Virus record (IMG/VR): IMGVR_UViG_3300036851_000321
Coordinates: 1-64,000 of that record
DNA: 64,000 bases
Reading direction: 5' to 3' (one strand)
Origin: a virus
The notes under the pieces were generated by a model. It searched no databases. It saw only the letters and a list, made by a program, of their open reading frames with translations, and had not been told where the DNA came from. Every line of letters starts with the position of its first letter. Positions within the stretch are counted from its first letter, which is position 1. Positions 44,414-55,046 of the stretch are shown piece by piece. The translations under genes were made by a program, and so were the position numbers.

Positions 44414-45985
44414 TTGCCGACCTACGCCCAGCTCAACCAACGTCACCCGAGCCACAACGAAGCGCGACGCGCGGAGCTGTGCGGACTCTACGAGGGTGCC
44501 GAGAAACTCGAGCGGCTCTACCCGACGCTGCTGCCCCAGCGCGAGCGTGAGCGCCCGCAGCGATACGCCACGCGCCTGAAAGAGGCGCAGTATCGCAACT
44601 ACCTCGGCCCGATCATTGACTACTTCGCCTCGATGCTGTTCGTCTCCCGGACGGTCAGCAAGGCGAAGCGAGACGAGAAGCCGGTCGAGTCGCCCGGGGA
44701 TTACTGGTCTGAATTCCGTGAGGACTGCGACCGCGGCGGAACCGACCTCGACGACCTATTCAAGTCGCTCCTCACCTCGGCAATGGTCGAGCGCTCCGGG
44801 TGGCTCCGGCTGCACCAGCCGACCGACGGCGGCCCGACTCCCGAAAGCGCCCTCGACTTTGAGGCCCGCAAGCTCGGGGACTGCTGGGTCGAGAATCTCG
44901 ACGGCTGCGACGTGCTCGACTGGGACACCGGCGAGGACGGGCGGCTCCTCTGGGCGGTAACGCATCACGAGGAGCGGAAGCGCCAGGGGCTATCCGGCGA
45001 CCGGAAGCGCGTCGTCGAGACCTGGCACTACCTCACGCCCGAGAGCGTCGAGACCTACCGCGTCGAATACGACTCGGACAAGAAGCCTCACGCGGACGAC
45101 GAGATCGGCCGCTTCGGCGAGCCGATACCTCACAACTTCGGACGAGTGCCGCTCGTCTGCCTCGACCTCCCGCCCGCGCTCTGGGTGGCAAACCGACTGC
45201 GTTCCCCGCAGCTCGCGCACTTCCGGAAGGTAAACGCGCTCTCGTGGTCGCTCGCTTCGACCTGCTACGCGATGCGCGAGTACTTCGTTACCAGTCCCGA
45301 CGACTTCGAGAAGCAGATCAGTGGCGCCGGGTACGAGATCGTCCTCCACAAGGACGACAAGACGGCCTGGTCCGCCCCTCCCGGCGATCACTTCGCCGCA
45401 CTCGACACCGAGATCAAAGCCGAGAAGGACGAGATTTTCCGCATCGCGCACCAGATGGCGCTCGGCGTGGAGAACAACGCCGCGGCCGTCGGGCGCTCCG
45501 CCGAGAGCAAGGCGAGCGACGCCGAGTCAACGCGGGTCGTGCTCGTCGCGTTCTCCCACATCGTCCGCGAGACCATCAAGTACACGCTCGACCTCATCAG
45601 CCGGGCGCGCGGGGAAGACTTCACGTGGTCTGTTGAGGGACTCGACGACTTCGCGGCGCTCGACGCGGCGGCATTCATCGAGAACCTGAAGGCGCTCTCC
45701 GAAGCGGGGCGCACGATCCCGAGCAAGACGTTCCAGGTCGCGATCAACGAACGCACCGCGGAACTCCTGCTCCCTCACATGGACGAGCAGCTGAAGACGA
45801 CCGTCCGCGAGGAAATCCAAGCTGGCACAACTGACCCCGCGGAAGATGCCGAACGGGAGCGCGAGCTCGCCGCAGAGGTTTTCGGCAAGCGACCGGGAGA
45901 AGCACCGAGCGGCGCTAAACGGCCTGGCAAGGTTGCTCAGCCACCAAAGCCACCCTCGGGTGGTGATAGCGGGCGGGCCCCGTAG
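44414..45985 (+). CDS. Portal protein
   Basis: 523 aa directly after terL; HNFGRVPLV, RSAESK. Confidence 0.8.
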   Translation: MPTYAQLNQRHPSHNEARRAELCGLYEGAEKLERLYPTLLPQRERERPQRYATRLKEAQYRNYLGPIIDYFASMLFVSRTVSKAKRDEKPVESPGDYWSEFREDCDRGGTDLDDLFKSLLTSAMVERSGWLRLHQPTDGGPTPESALDFEARKLGDCWVENLDGCDVLDWDTGEDGRLLWAVTHHEERKRQGLSGDRKRVVETWHYLTPESVETYRVEYDSDKKPHADDEIGRFGEPIPHNFGRVPLVCLDLPPALWVANRLRSPQLAHFRKVNALSWSLASTCYAMREYFVTSPDDFEKQISGAGYEIVLHKDDKTAWSAPPGDHFAALDTEIKAEKDEIFRIAHQMALGVENNAAAVGRSAESKASDAESTRVVLVAFSHIVRETIKYTLDLISRARGEDFTWSVEGLDDFAALDAAAFIENLKALSEAGRTIPSKTFQVAINERTAELLLPHMDEQLKTTVREEIQAGTTDPAEDAERERELAAEVFGKRPGEAPSGAKRPGKVAQPPKPPSGGDSGRAP

Positions 45986-46331
45986 CGGAAAAAGTCACTT
46001 GGCTCAGAAGATCGCCGCGGGCCGCATGGTCCACGACGGCGAGGAGCTAAAGGGCATCGAGTGGTCCGCCGGCTCTGAGAAGGCTTCACGCTGGCTCGAT
46101 GTGCCGGGACCCTGGGTCTGCGAGAACGTCGCGATGGCGCGGGCCCTTCGAAAGTGGTTGCTCCGTAACCCCACGGGGTTGCCGGCCGACCTCTTCATCC
46201 AGCTCGACACGCAGGTGGCCGAGCGGGTCCCCGGACAGGAAGCGATGGCCGTCGGCTGTCGGACCGTCTGGGATCAGATTGAACCCGAGCTTGTCAGGCG
46301 CGGGGCGAAGATTTTGAGAGCGAGACTTTAG
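45846..46331 (+). CDS. Small P-loop kinase-like protein (start uncertain, overlaps portal end)
   Basis: VVIAGGPRSGKSHLA, WVCENV. Confidence 0.6.
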   Translation: MPNGSASSPQRFSASDREKHRAALNGLARLLSHQSHPRVVIAGGPRSGKSHLAQKIAAGRMVHDGEELKGIEWSAGSEKASRWLDVPGPWVCENVAMARALRKWLLRNPTGLPADLFIQLDTQVAERVPGQEAMAVGCRTVWDQIEPELVRRGAKILRARL

Positions 46332-46332
46332 G

Positions 46333-46779
46333 ATGAGCGGAAGCTGGGATCTTAGCGGCACAAGCCCCGCCGCAGCCAGCACGGTTGCTGGAGCGTCGGC
46401 GTCAGGCCTTTCGAGCTGCCTAGAGCTCATGGTCGAGGCGCAGCTCGTTGGCGCAACGGGCGGCACGCTCGACGTGTGGCTTCAACGCAAGGTCGGCCCG
46501 AACCTTTGGGTTGACTGGGTCCACTTTCCCCAGCTTGCGGCCGGCGCTTCAGCGATCCGGTACTCGTTCGCGGTGAAGAACGCGGCAACGGCGACCGGGG
46601 CACTGACCGCCGTCACGACCGTCGGCACGGATGCGGCGCCTGCGGTTGGTGCAGGCGTAGGTCTCATAACCAACGGGCATCCGGGCGACTTCGTGCGCGT
46701 CGTCTACGTCGCCGGCGCGAGCACATCAGCCGGGGCACTTGCCAGGATCATCATCACGGGTATCGGCCCGAGCCGCTAG
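46333..46779 (+). CDS. Ala/Gly/Thr-rich beta protein, probably virion-associated
   Basis: GTLDVWLQ...WVDWVHFPQL; within head cluster. Confidence 0.55.
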   Translation: MSGSWDLSGTSPAAASTVAGASASGLSSCLELMVEAQLVGATGGTLDVWLQRKVGPNLWVDWVHFPQLAAGASAIRYSFAVKNAATATGALTAVTTVGTDAAPAVGAGVGLITNGHPGDFVRVVYVAGASTSAGALARIIITGIGPSR

Positions 46780-47306
46780 ACGCTGATGCGTGACGGCTTC
46801 ACGGCCCGCAGAACGAACGCCAGCTGCGCATCGTTCTCCCAGATTGTCTCAGGCTCGAAGTCGGCCCGGTAGAACTCACGGAAGTCGCTCATCGGGGTCT
46901 TTCCGATCTGCTTCGTGTACTCGGCCTGCGAGAGGAACACGAGCGTTGCGGACGAGATGATCCGAGTGTGTGACGGGTCGCCCCAGGCCCAAACGGATTT
47001 CCACGAAGGACACGTGCCGCAGAGCAGGCCGCCCGGCTTCAACACCCGCCAGTAGTCGGCGAATTGGCCGAGCAGGCAGCGGGCGTCTCCTTGCGGGCCG
47101 AGGTGCTCCAAAACCTCGTACGCGTGCAATTCGTCGAACGAATCGTCGTCGAACGGCAAGCGCGGCTCTCGCAGATCGTGAAGCACGTCGGGCTTGTGCG
47201 TCGCGACGTTGTCGAGCGTGACGAGCTCGCCCCACTCCTTGCGGCCACCCGCCGCAATCACTCTCTCGCGGCGCGTGCCGCAGCCAATCAATAGGTCACG
47301 AGGCAT
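46776..47306 (-). CDS. Class I SAM-dependent methyltransferase, antisense to head genes
   Basis: LIGCG, LPFDDDSFD, EVLEHL, WRVLKPGG, DPSH. Confidence 0.85.
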   Translation of the reverse strand: MPRDLLIGCGTRRERVIAAGGRKEWGELVTLDNVATHKPDVLHDLREPRLPFDDDSFDELHAYEVLEHLGPQGDARCLLGQFADYWRVLKPGGLLCGTCPSWKSVWAWGDPSHTRIISSATLVFLSQAEYTKQIGKTPMSDFREFYRADFEPETIWENDAQLAFVLRAVKPSRISV

Positions 47307-47455
47307 CTGCTGAGTGTACCTGAACACCCGGGAGACCGGGTGCGCGGGATTCCAGGCCACCCGTCAACGGCCCGGCGAGACGCCGATCGCAACGGCGCGC
47401 GGTGACACCGACCGGATCGGTGCGAGGCCCCCTGCCAAGGGCCGGAAGGATTGGC

Positions 47456-48259
47456 ATGCGTACGTTTGGAACCACCATCCCCCTGTTCGACAAGGCCGGA
47501 GACACCGGCACCGGAAGCGGCGGCGGTGACCCCGCGAAGCCCTTCACGGACGAACAGCAGGCCGCCATCGGCGCGGCCATCAGTGGCGCGCTCAAGAGCG
47601 AGGGCAAGCGCCTCGTTTCGGCAGCCGTTGGCGAGGCCGTAAAGGCAGCACTCGGCGACCTGAAGATCGGCGAGCAGATTGCGGCCGAGGTCGCGAAGCT
47701 CAAGCCCGAGCCACCCGAGCCGAAACCCGGCGACAAGAAGCCTGACCCCGAGGTCGCCGCCCTGAAGGCGAAGCTCGAAGAGGTCACGGCGAGCCTCAAT
47801 AACGAAGCCGAAGAGCGGCAAAAGGCCGTTCTGCTCGCGCGCGACGAGAAGGCCATGGCGACGCTGAAGAGCGCGCTTGCGCCGCTGGTTCGCCCCGAGG
47901 CGCTCGAGATCGCCGCGTCTCATCTCTTCGTCGCGCAGAAGCGCGTCACGTTCGACGAGCAGGGGAACCCGCTCCTGACCGTTCGCAAGGCGCCGTACGC
48001 AGGCCAGGCGGAAGAGGACCTCCCGCTGCCGCTCGCCGATGGCGTCCAGCATTGGGTCAAGTCGAGCGAGGGCAAGTTCTTCGCTCCCGCCCCGACCGGT
48101 GGCGGCGACACGAAGGGCGGAGGCGCACCGCGCCGCGTGCAGGCCGGCTCCGACGGGATGCCTCGCTACGACGCCGAAGCCGCGAGCGACGACGAACGCG
48201 ATCGGCGCGCCGAAGAGCGCGTCGCTGCCTACAAGCAGCGCTTTCCGAATCTCACCTGA
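47456..48259 (+). CDS. Capsid scaffolding protein
   Basis: Low-complexity helical/coiled-coil protein just upstream of capsid gene. Confidence 0.7.
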   Translation: MRTFGTTIPLFDKAGDTGTGSGGGDPAKPFTDEQQAAIGAAISGALKSEGKRLVSAAVGEAVKAALGDLKIGEQIAAEVAKLKPEPPEPKPGDKKPDPEVAALKAKLEEVTASLNNEAEERQKAVLLARDEKAMATLKSALAPLVRPEALEIAASHLFVAQKRVTFDEQGNPLLTVRKAPYAGQAEEDLPLPLADGVQHWVKSSEGKFFAPAPTGGGDTKGGGAPRRVQAGSDGMPRYDAEAASDDERDRRAEERVAAYKQRFPNLT

Positions 48260-48363
48260 GCTCGCCCGTTTCCCCACGCTCAATGACGAGCTGGGTGCTG
48301 CGCGCGGGCGACCAACAACGACCGTCCGAATAGCCCGCCGCGCGGGAGAGAAAGAGCAGACCC

Positions 48364-49371
48364 ATGGCTGATACGCCGCAAACCCTTGCCCTCATCGTCC
48401 AGGCCCAGGAATACCGGGGCCGCATCGTCCAGAACATCAACCGTCGGACGGTGCTCCTGAAGACGCTTCCGATCGTTCGCGGCGGAGGGAAGAACGTCTC
48501 GTGGGTGGCGCAGTCCTCTGGTCACATCGCGGAGAACTACACGGACGGCGCAACGGCCGCGAACTTCGGGAGCGACGCGCAGGACGACGCGATCCTGTCG
48601 TGGGCGCTCTACCGCGGCAACATCCACGTCACCAAGCTGGCGATGGACTCGGCCGCGACCTCGAACACGCCGGCCGGGAACAAGCGCCTCTGGGTGAAGA
48701 ACCAGGTCGACGCGATGAGCACGCTCGCCGCGCTCGTCGAAGACGAGCTCTTCAACGGGCTTGGCACCGGCACGCTCATCGCCGGGCTCGACGTTGCCAT
48801 CGGCGACGACACGAACACCTACGCGACGATCGATCGCACGACTTCGACGTACTGGAAGCCGTACGTGGTGGATCCGGGCTCCCTCACGGCGCCCACGATC
48901 GCTCTCATCCGCGCGGATCTCGGTGCGATCTACGACTCGTGTGGCGAAACGCCCGACATGGCGGTCTGCCCGACTGCCGTGTTCAACAAGATCGCGGGTC
49001 TCTTCGACCCGAACCGCCGTTGGACCACGATGGACACGTCGCGCGGTCGCATCAGTCTCGATGCCGGCTACGAGGGCATCCAGATCGACAACTGCATGTT
49101 CCTGAAGTCGAAGGACGCGACGGCGAACCAGATTTACTACATCAACTCGAACTACGTTCACATCGAGACGCTACCCGACTCCGAGGTGCCGCTCGAGATC
49201 CAGGACGCGGTTCCGGCAACGGACGGCTACGGGTCGGTCCCGCTCGACATGAAGTTCCATCCGCTTGCCGAGGTCGGCCCGGCCAAGCGCGCCGAGGTTC
49301 TGGCGAACTGCCAGCTCATCGTCGAGAAGCCGAAGAGCTGCGGCGTCCGTAAGAACGTCGCGACCACGTAA
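48364..49371 (+). CDS. Major capsid protein
   Basis: 335 aa after scaffold; EDELFNG.G...GL, YATIDR..YW. Confidence 0.8.
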   Translation: MADTPQTLALIVQAQEYRGRIVQNINRRTVLLKTLPIVRGGGKNVSWVAQSSGHIAENYTDGATAANFGSDAQDDAILSWALYRGNIHVTKLAMDSAATSNTPAGNKRLWVKNQVDAMSTLAALVEDELFNGLGTGTLIAGLDVAIGDDTNTYATIDRTTSTYWKPYVVDPGSLTAPTIALIRADLGAIYDSCGETPDMAVCPTAVFNKIAGLFDPNRRWTTMDTSRGRISLDAGYEGIQIDNCMFLKSKDATANQIYYINSNYVHIETLPDSEVPLEIQDAVPATDGYGSVPLDMKFHPLAEVGPAKRAEVLANCQLIVEKPKSCGVRKNVATT

Positions 49372-49397
49372 GCCTGAAAGGGCTCCGGGAAACACCC

Positions 49398-49934
49398 ATG
49401 GCATACACCACGCGCAATTTGCCCGACGAGATGATCTTCTCGCTCGTGGCGGCCCACAATCTGCGACAGGAAGAGGCGGTCGCGTCGTTCTTCCACGCGG
49501 ACACGACGCAGGTCACGAGCGGCGACTACCGCGCGCGAACCGTAGCGGACGACACTCCGGCCCTGAGCATCGGGGGTAACCCCACCGACTCGACGACCGT
49601 CATTTCGTTCACGAACGGCCTCAGGAAGCTGATCAACCGGCATTTCGCCGACACCCGGGCGCACAACACGGCCGTCAGTGCCGCCACGGCCGCAGCGGTC
49701 GCCACTGATCTCACCACCGCCATCACGGCGATGAACCTGATGAAGGCCGAGTACGGCACTCACCTCTCGGCGTCGAACGTGCACTTCAACAACGACGGCA
49801 CGAACACGATCGCGGCGGCCGACGCCACGAACCAGACGACCGCCATCACGCTCCTCACGGAGATGCGGACGGACGTTGGTGCGCACGTCGTGAGCGCTCC
49901 GCTCGGCGCGATGATCCAACTCGTGGACGCCTGA
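49398..49934 (+). CDS. Virion structural protein (possible decoration)
   Basis: Ala/Thr-rich with repeated His motifs; follows capsid gene. Confidence 0.55.
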   Translation: MAYTTRNLPDEMIFSLVAAHNLRQEEAVASFFHADTTQVTSGDYRARTVADDTPALSIGGNPTDSTTVISFTNGLRKLINRHFADTRAHNTAVSAATAAAVATDLTTAITAMNLMKAEYGTHLSASNVHFNNDGTNTIAAADATNQTTAITLLTEMRTDVGAHVVSAPLGAMIQLVDA

Positions 49935-49935
49935 C

Positions 49936-50460
49936 ATGCGGTTCTACAACCAGGGCAAGAACGCGCTCTCGTGGGACATGGGAGGCGAACGCTTCTCGTG
50001 CGAGCCATGGGGCGCGGTCGAAATACCGGATGCCCTGGTGCCAGCCGTGCGCTCGCGCGGTCTCCCGCTCGACGTGACCCCGACGGCGCCCGAGCTCCGG
50101 GCGCAGGTTCGGGTTGCTGACGAGCGGGCGGCTTCCGACGCGGCGCCGCTTCTCGCCTTGCGAAAGCAGGCGGACGACGCGGCGGCTGCGGAGCGCGCGG
50201 CAAAGGCAGAGGTTGAGGCCCTGAGCGTCGAGATTTCTGCCGAGCGCGGTAAGCTACGCGACGCGCGCGAGCAGATCGCGGAGCTGACGAAGAAGCTCAA
50301 GGCGGCGGCATCGGACAAGGACGCGGCCGAAAGGCTGCTCACCGAGGCGAGCGCACAAGCGACCGCGTCGGAGGAGCGCGCGATCAAGGCCGAGGCACTG
50401 CTCGCTGAGCGGACGAAGGGCGGCAAACCCGAGAAACAGAAGTCTGCCGAGCCGAGGTAG
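49936..50460 (+). CDS. Coiled-coil protein in head cluster
   Basis: Position and heptad repeats. Confidence 0.55.
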   Translation: MRFYNQGKNALSWDMGGERFSCEPWGAVEIPDALVPAVRSRGLPLDVTPTAPELRAQVRVADERAASDAAPLLALRKQADDAAAAERAAKAEVEALSVEISAERGKLRDAREQIAELTKKLKAAASDKDAAERLLTEASAQATASEERAIKAEALLAERTKGGKPEKQKSAEPR

Positions 50461-50463
50461 CCG

Positions 50464-50868
50464 ATGGCCTTTACGGCTGCCCAAGAGGACCAGATCCGGC
50501 AGTACCTCGGATTCGCGGCTGGGTTTTACGACCTCAACACGCGATTCGAGAGCATGCTGGACACGATCGGCGCCGACGCGGTCGCACAAGCGAGCGTCGA
50601 GGCCATCATGGCCAAGATCGTACTCGCCGAGGCGGCAATCGCGGCGGGCGGCACGAGCTCGAGCGCAACCGGATCGCTCAAGGCGATTGTCGGTGACGTT
50701 GAGTGGTACTCCGTCGGTGAGAGCGAAGGCGCCGTCACCACCTCGCGCGACTACGGCCGCATCCTGATCAATCGCCTCGCCGCTCGCTTCGGCTTCACTC
50801 GTGAAGAGCTCCCGAGCGACTACTTCGGCGAAGGCGGCTGGCGCGGGGGGGAGATGGCGCTCGGATGA
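50464..50868 (+). CDS. Probable head-tail adaptor
   Basis: MAFTAAQEDQIRQYLG; position. Confidence 0.55.
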   Translation: MAFTAAQEDQIRQYLGFAAGFYDLNTRFESMLDTIGADAVAQASVEAIMAKIVLAEAAIAAGGTSSSATGSLKAIVGDVEWYSVGESEGAVTTSRDYGRILINRLAARFGFTREELPSDYFGEGGWRGGEMALG

Positions 50869-51506
50869 CCTTCAGTCCCTACATCGCGACCCCGACCCAC
50901 GACGCCCGTGTTCACGGCGTCTACATGGTAGGCGTCATCGCGGCTTCGCACACGTTCGAGGGTTGCGACTGGGCCATCATCAACGGGACGGGGCTCATGC
51001 GGCAGCGTGACAACCTCGTTGCGCGGTTCCTGGACGGCAAGTGCTCGCACCTCCTGTTCGTGGACTCGGACATCGGGTGGTGCCCGGCCGACGCCCAAAG
51101 ACTTTTCGATACTGGTGAAGATTTCGTTGGCGGCACCTACTGCCGCAAGTCCCCCGGCAAGGCTCCTACCGCCATTCTGCTCCCCAATCGGAAGGGTGAG
51201 CTCTACGAGGCAACGCACGTTGGTACCGGGTTTCTGCTGATCTCCCGCTCCGCCATCGAGCGCATGGTCGAGCGGTTCGCCGCGGACACCTACCAGAGCG
51301 CCGGAGAGAGCTACGCGGCGCTCTTTCACCAGACTATTCACGAAGGCACCGAAGACCTCGCGTTCTGCCGGAAGTGGCGCGAGTGCGGCGGCAAGGTGTG
51401 GATGCACACCGGAGTCGTGCTCCCTCACTACGACGGGAACACGCCCTACGTCGCCGACGTGAGCGAGCTTCGAAAGCCGGTCGAGGCTGAGCGAGCGGCG
51501 GCGTGA
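50865..51506 (+). CDS. GT-A fold (GT2-like) glycosyltransferase
   Basis: IATP, RDNLV, LLFVDSD, VGTGFLLISR, EDLAFC. Confidence 0.8.
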   Translation: MTFSPYIATPTHDARVHGVYMVGVIAASHTFEGCDWAIINGTGLMRQRDNLVARFLDGKCSHLLFVDSDIGWCPADAQRLFDTGEDFVGGTYCRKSPGKAPTAILLPNRKGELYEATHVGTGFLLISRSAIERMVERFAADTYQSAGESYAALFHQTIHEGTEDLAFCRKWRECGGKVWMHTGVVLPHYDGNTPYVADVSELRKPVEAERAAA

Positions 51507-51949
51507 CTCTCGCCGACGACCTTCTCCCTGTTGTATTTGACGCACGGTCGATTGCTGGTGACCTCGGCTTCCGCCCGCATTCGGTGGCGGTGGTCATCGA
51601 GTACGCGAACGAGACGACTGGGCAGGGCGGGATCACCAGCGAGCGCACCCCGATCGTCGAGGCGCAGAGCCAGAATCCGCGGATCGTCTGGGAGAAATCC
51701 GACGACGTGCCGTTCGGCAACGCGCCATCAAACATCATCATGGTCGGGCCGGTCACCCCGAGTGACTCGCTCGACGAGATCTTTACCCGTGAGCTTGGGG
51801 CCGGCGAGAGTCGGCTCCTCATAGTCACGGGACCGAACAACCCGGACGGCGAACGGTTCGCGATCGTCGACTACGACGCCTCGCGTCCACTGCGCCGGAT
51901 GATCCGCGCGCAAGGCATGGAGCAAGCGCTCCAGGGCTTCACCACCTGA
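51503..51949 (+). CDS. Probable head closure protein
   Basis: Position and size. Confidence 0.45.
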   Translation: MTLADDLLPVVFDARSIAGDLGFRPHSVAVVIEYANETTGQGGITSERTPIVEAQSQNPRIVWEKSDDVPFGNAPSNIIMVGPVTPSDSLDEIFTRELGAGESRLLIVTGPNNPDGERFAIVDYDASRPLRRMIRAQGMEQALQGFTT

Positions 51950-52425
51950 TGCCGCTCTTCGGGGATTTCCAGACGCTCAAGCGCTGGGAAAAGAGCATCG
52001 GGCAACTCGCGTCGCGCGGACTCGCGTTCGATTGCGCCAACGAGATGGCGGAGGCGCACCTTCGTCAGGTGGCGCGCGAGTTCGAGACCGAAAGAGACCC
52101 GTTTGGCAAGCCCTGGAAGCCAAAGAAGCGCCCCGACGGCCGCAAGATCCTTCGCGGCAAGACCGGAAACCTTCGGCGGTTCCGCAAAGCCACGATCAAT
52201 CAGCGCGGGTACAAGATCGGCACGACGGCGCCCTACCTCCGGTTCCACCAGTCGGGGACGAGTCGAATGGCGCAGCGCCGCGTGCTCCCCGGCAAACGAC
52301 TCCCGACGCAGCTCGCCTCCGAGTTCCGCTCGATCTTCACCAAATACTGCCGGCAACGGCTGAGGCTCATCGGTGGCGGAATCCGAGTTTCGGGCACTGG
52401 TTCAGGCGGTACACGCGCAGCTTGA
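51949..52425 (+). CDS. Virion morphogenesis protein (Mu gpG-like)
   Basis: FETERDPFGKPWKP...ILRGKTGNLR...IGT.APY..FHQ.GT..M..RR.LP. Confidence 0.8.
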   Translation: MPLFGDFQTLKRWEKSIGQLASRGLAFDCANEMAEAHLRQVAREFETERDPFGKPWKPKKRPDGRKILRGKTGNLRRFRKATINQRGYKIGTTAPYLRFHQSGTSRMAQRRVLPGKRLPTQLASEFRSIFTKYCRQRLRLIGGGIRVSGTGSGGTRAA

Positions 52426-52969
52426 AACGATCCTGACGGCCGAAGGGCGCGCGGTTCCCGAGCTCGTGCTTGAGCGCAAGGTCTGGAACGACGCGATCGA
52501 TCCCTCGCCACCGCGCATCTGCTGGATCGAAATGGGCGGGAGGTTTGCCCGTACGGCGAACCCGGTCGTGCCAGCCACGCTGACCGAGCCAATCGCGCCG
52601 CAGCCCACTTTCCTCGGTGCGCGCGAGGCGCTCGCCGGCATCAAGATTTGGCACACGTCCGAGGAGCACGCGACAAGGGTGCTCGATCGCCTCTGGATGG
52701 CGGCCGACCGTACCTACCCTGACCGCTTCATGTGGGACGCGGCGGGTACGGAGTACGAGTTCCGATCGCAAGTGGTCGGCCCGGGAATGCGCCACGGAGT
52801 CGAGGTCGTCACCGTCAAGGTACCGATCTGGATCCCGGTGGCCAAGAACTACGACGGCGAGTTCGAGATCGTCACCGTCGAAGGCCACCAGCTCCGCGTC
52901 GGCATCGCGAATCCTCCTGACGAAGCGGACGCGACGGTCGAATTCGATCTGAACCGCTGGTCCGGCTGA
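52373..52969 (+). CDS. Probable tail terminator/completion protein
   Basis: Position before sheath. Confidence 0.45.
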   Translation: MAESEFRALVQAVHAQLETILTAEGRAVPELVLERKVWNDAIDPSPPRICWIEMGGRFARTANPVVPATLTEPIAPQPTFLGAREALAGIKIWHTSEEHATRVLDRLWMAADRTYPDRFMWDAAGTEYEFRSQVVGPGMRHGVEVVTVKVPIWIPVAKNYDGEFEIVTVEGHQLRVGIANPPDEADATVEFDLNRWSG

Positions 52970-53036
52970 GCGCGCCGTCCCGCAAAAACAAGCCACTTCC
53001 TCACCGCAGCTCCCGCGCTGCCGAGGCCGAAGTTTC

Positions 53037-53552
53037 ATGAGCGACGAAGCGAAAGCATCGACGAAGGCGGAGAAGTCCACTCCGCAACCCGCGACGGCAC
53101 CTGCCGCCACGGAGAAGCGCAGCCCGCGCGAGTGGGCGCTTGCCCTCGGTCACGGCCCGAAGCCGAAAAGGCCGCAACTTGTCGACGAGGGCACGGTCCA
53201 GATGCTTTCCAGCCTGCTGGGCTCAGCCAAGCACGAGGCCGCGAAAGCGCTCCATGGCTGGGACGACCACGAGCACAACGAGGGCGCGCCGATCGAACTC
53301 ACGAGCGAGGACTACCTCGCCGCGCTCGCCGCATCTCACCCGGTCGACGTGTACCTGAAGAAGGGCACCAAAGACGAGCGCACGCCCGACGCTGAAGAGG
53401 CGGCGCGCGACCGGTGGGGAAACCCGGTTCTTCACCCGAAATTCGACGGCACGCCGAAGCCGCACCCGGGCGCCCTGTCCAAGCACAAGGGCAACAAGGT
53501 GCGCGTCGGCAAGGACGGCCGCGAATACCGCATCGGTGAGAAGGCGAACTGA
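53037..53552 (+). CDS. Hypothetical tail-region protein
   Basis: TGATG coupling to sheath. Confidence 0.55.
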   Translation: MSDEAKASTKAEKSTPQPATAPAATEKRSPREWALALGHGPKPKRPQLVDEGTVQMLSSLLGSAKHEAAKALHGWDDHEHNEGAPIELTSEDYLAALAASHPVDVYLKKGTKDERTPDAEEAARDRWGNPVLHPKFDGTPKPHPGALSKHKGNKVRVGKDGREYRIGEKAN

Positions 53553-55045
53553 TGTCCTACCCCGCGCAATTCGACGTCCAGATCGCAGACGGCGGCCTCG
53601 CCCTCGGCGCCGAGCCGGCGGAAGTCCCGCTCGTCATCGGCTGCTCGAGCGCCGGCACGGTCGCGACCCTCTACGACTTCACGAGCGCGAGCGCCGACGA
53701 CCAGACCACGGGCGTCAAGGCGACGCTCGGCTACGGGGCCCTTACCGAGGTCGGCATGCCCGTCCTCAGGGTGGCGGGCCGCGCGCTCTTCCTGAAGCTC
53801 ACTGGCTCCGTCGCGGCCACCAATTCGGCCGTCACCGCGACTCGTATCGGCACCTCGGTCGGCACGATCACGCTCTCCGGAGCGGCAACGCGCGACTTCC
53901 GCGGTACCGTCGAGATCACGGCCACGACGGCCGCCCTGGGCGACGGGAAGTTCCGCTTCTCACTCGACAACAGGAACACCTGGTCGGAGGAGATCACGAT
54001 CCCGAGCGGCGGGACGTACCTGATGCCCAATTCCGGCATCACGCTCACGTTCAACCTCCAGGCCGGAACGCCGGACTTTGAGGACGACGACCTGCACACG
54101 TTCACGTGCACGCAGGCGCACTGGAACACCACCAACCTCTCCGACGGCATCACGGCGCTCCTCGCGTCGGCACTCCTCATCGGCAAGAAGATCCGGAAGG
54201 TCTACTTCACGGGCATCCCGCTGGACGCGGCGGCGGCGGCCACGAACGCGGCGGCAATCGCTACCCACATGGCGACGCTCGAGGGGTTAGACCACTTCGC
54301 GCGGGCCATCATGGATTGCGGGTCGCTCGACACGACCACGAACGTCCTAGCGAACTACGTCGCCGCCTTCTCGGATACTCGAGTCGCCGCCTGTTACGGC
54401 CGCTGCGAGATGACGAGCGCGCTCCCCACCGTGGGATTCGGGCTCCCGTTCGTCTCGATCATGCAGCCGGTCGCGGTGCGCGCAAGCGAGGCCGAGATCA
54501 GCGAGAACCTCGGGCGCGTGAAGTCGGGTGCCCTCCGCAGCGTCAAGACGACGACGCTTTCGCACGACGAGGGCCGATCAACGGCGTTCTCGGCGAGCAA
54601 CAAGATCATCACCCTGATGACCCGCCGCAACCAGACGGGCGGCGCGTACATCACGACCGGCTTCCTGAAGAGCGGCGTCGGCTCGGACTTCCTCTTCTGG
54701 GATTACGGCGTCATCACCGACGAGATGAGCACCCAGATGGTCATGGCGGCCGACAACTGGGTGAACAGCAAGCTCCGGGCGCTCACGGACGGCTCGGGGA
54801 ATCTCCATCCCGTGGACGCGCTCCGTGTCCAGATGAGCCTCACGGGCCCGGTCAAGAGCAAGCTCGACCGGCCGACGAAGGACGGCTTGCCGAGCCACGC
54901 GAGCGGTTGGCAGATCATCGTACCGACCGACTTCGACTTTCTCACCTTGCGCGAGCTCCGGATGACGGGGCGCATCGTGCCAACGGTGCCAATCGAGGGC
55001 GGAACGATCGTCATCGGGCTCACTCGTCAGCTGGAGGCCGCGTAG
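53552..55045 (+). CDS. Contractile tail sheath protein (DUF2586-like)
   Basis: 497 aa; IADGGL, VIGCSSAG, LGYGAL, ENLGRVKSG. Confidence 0.78.
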   Translation: MSYPAQFDVQIADGGLALGAEPAEVPLVIGCSSAGTVATLYDFTSASADDQTTGVKATLGYGALTEVGMPVLRVAGRALFLKLTGSVAATNSAVTATRIGTSVGTITLSGAATRDFRGTVEITATTAALGDGKFRFSLDNRNTWSEEITIPSGGTYLMPNSGITLTFNLQAGTPDFEDDDLHTFTCTQAHWNTTNLSDGITALLASALLIGKKIRKVYFTGIPLDAAAAATNAAAIATHMATLEGLDHFARAIMDCGSLDTTTNVLANYVAAFSDTRVAACYGRCEMTSALPTVGFGLPFVSIMQPVAVRASEAEISENLGRVKSGALRSVKTTTLSHDEGRSTAFSASNKIITLMTRRNQTGGAYITTGFLKSGVGSDFLFWDYGVITDEMSTQMVMAADNWVNSKLRALTDGSGNLHPVDALRVQMSLTGPVKSKLDRPTKDGLPSHASGWQIIVPTDFDFLTLRELRMTGRIVPTVPIEGGTIVIGLTRQLEAA

Positions 55046-55046
55046 C

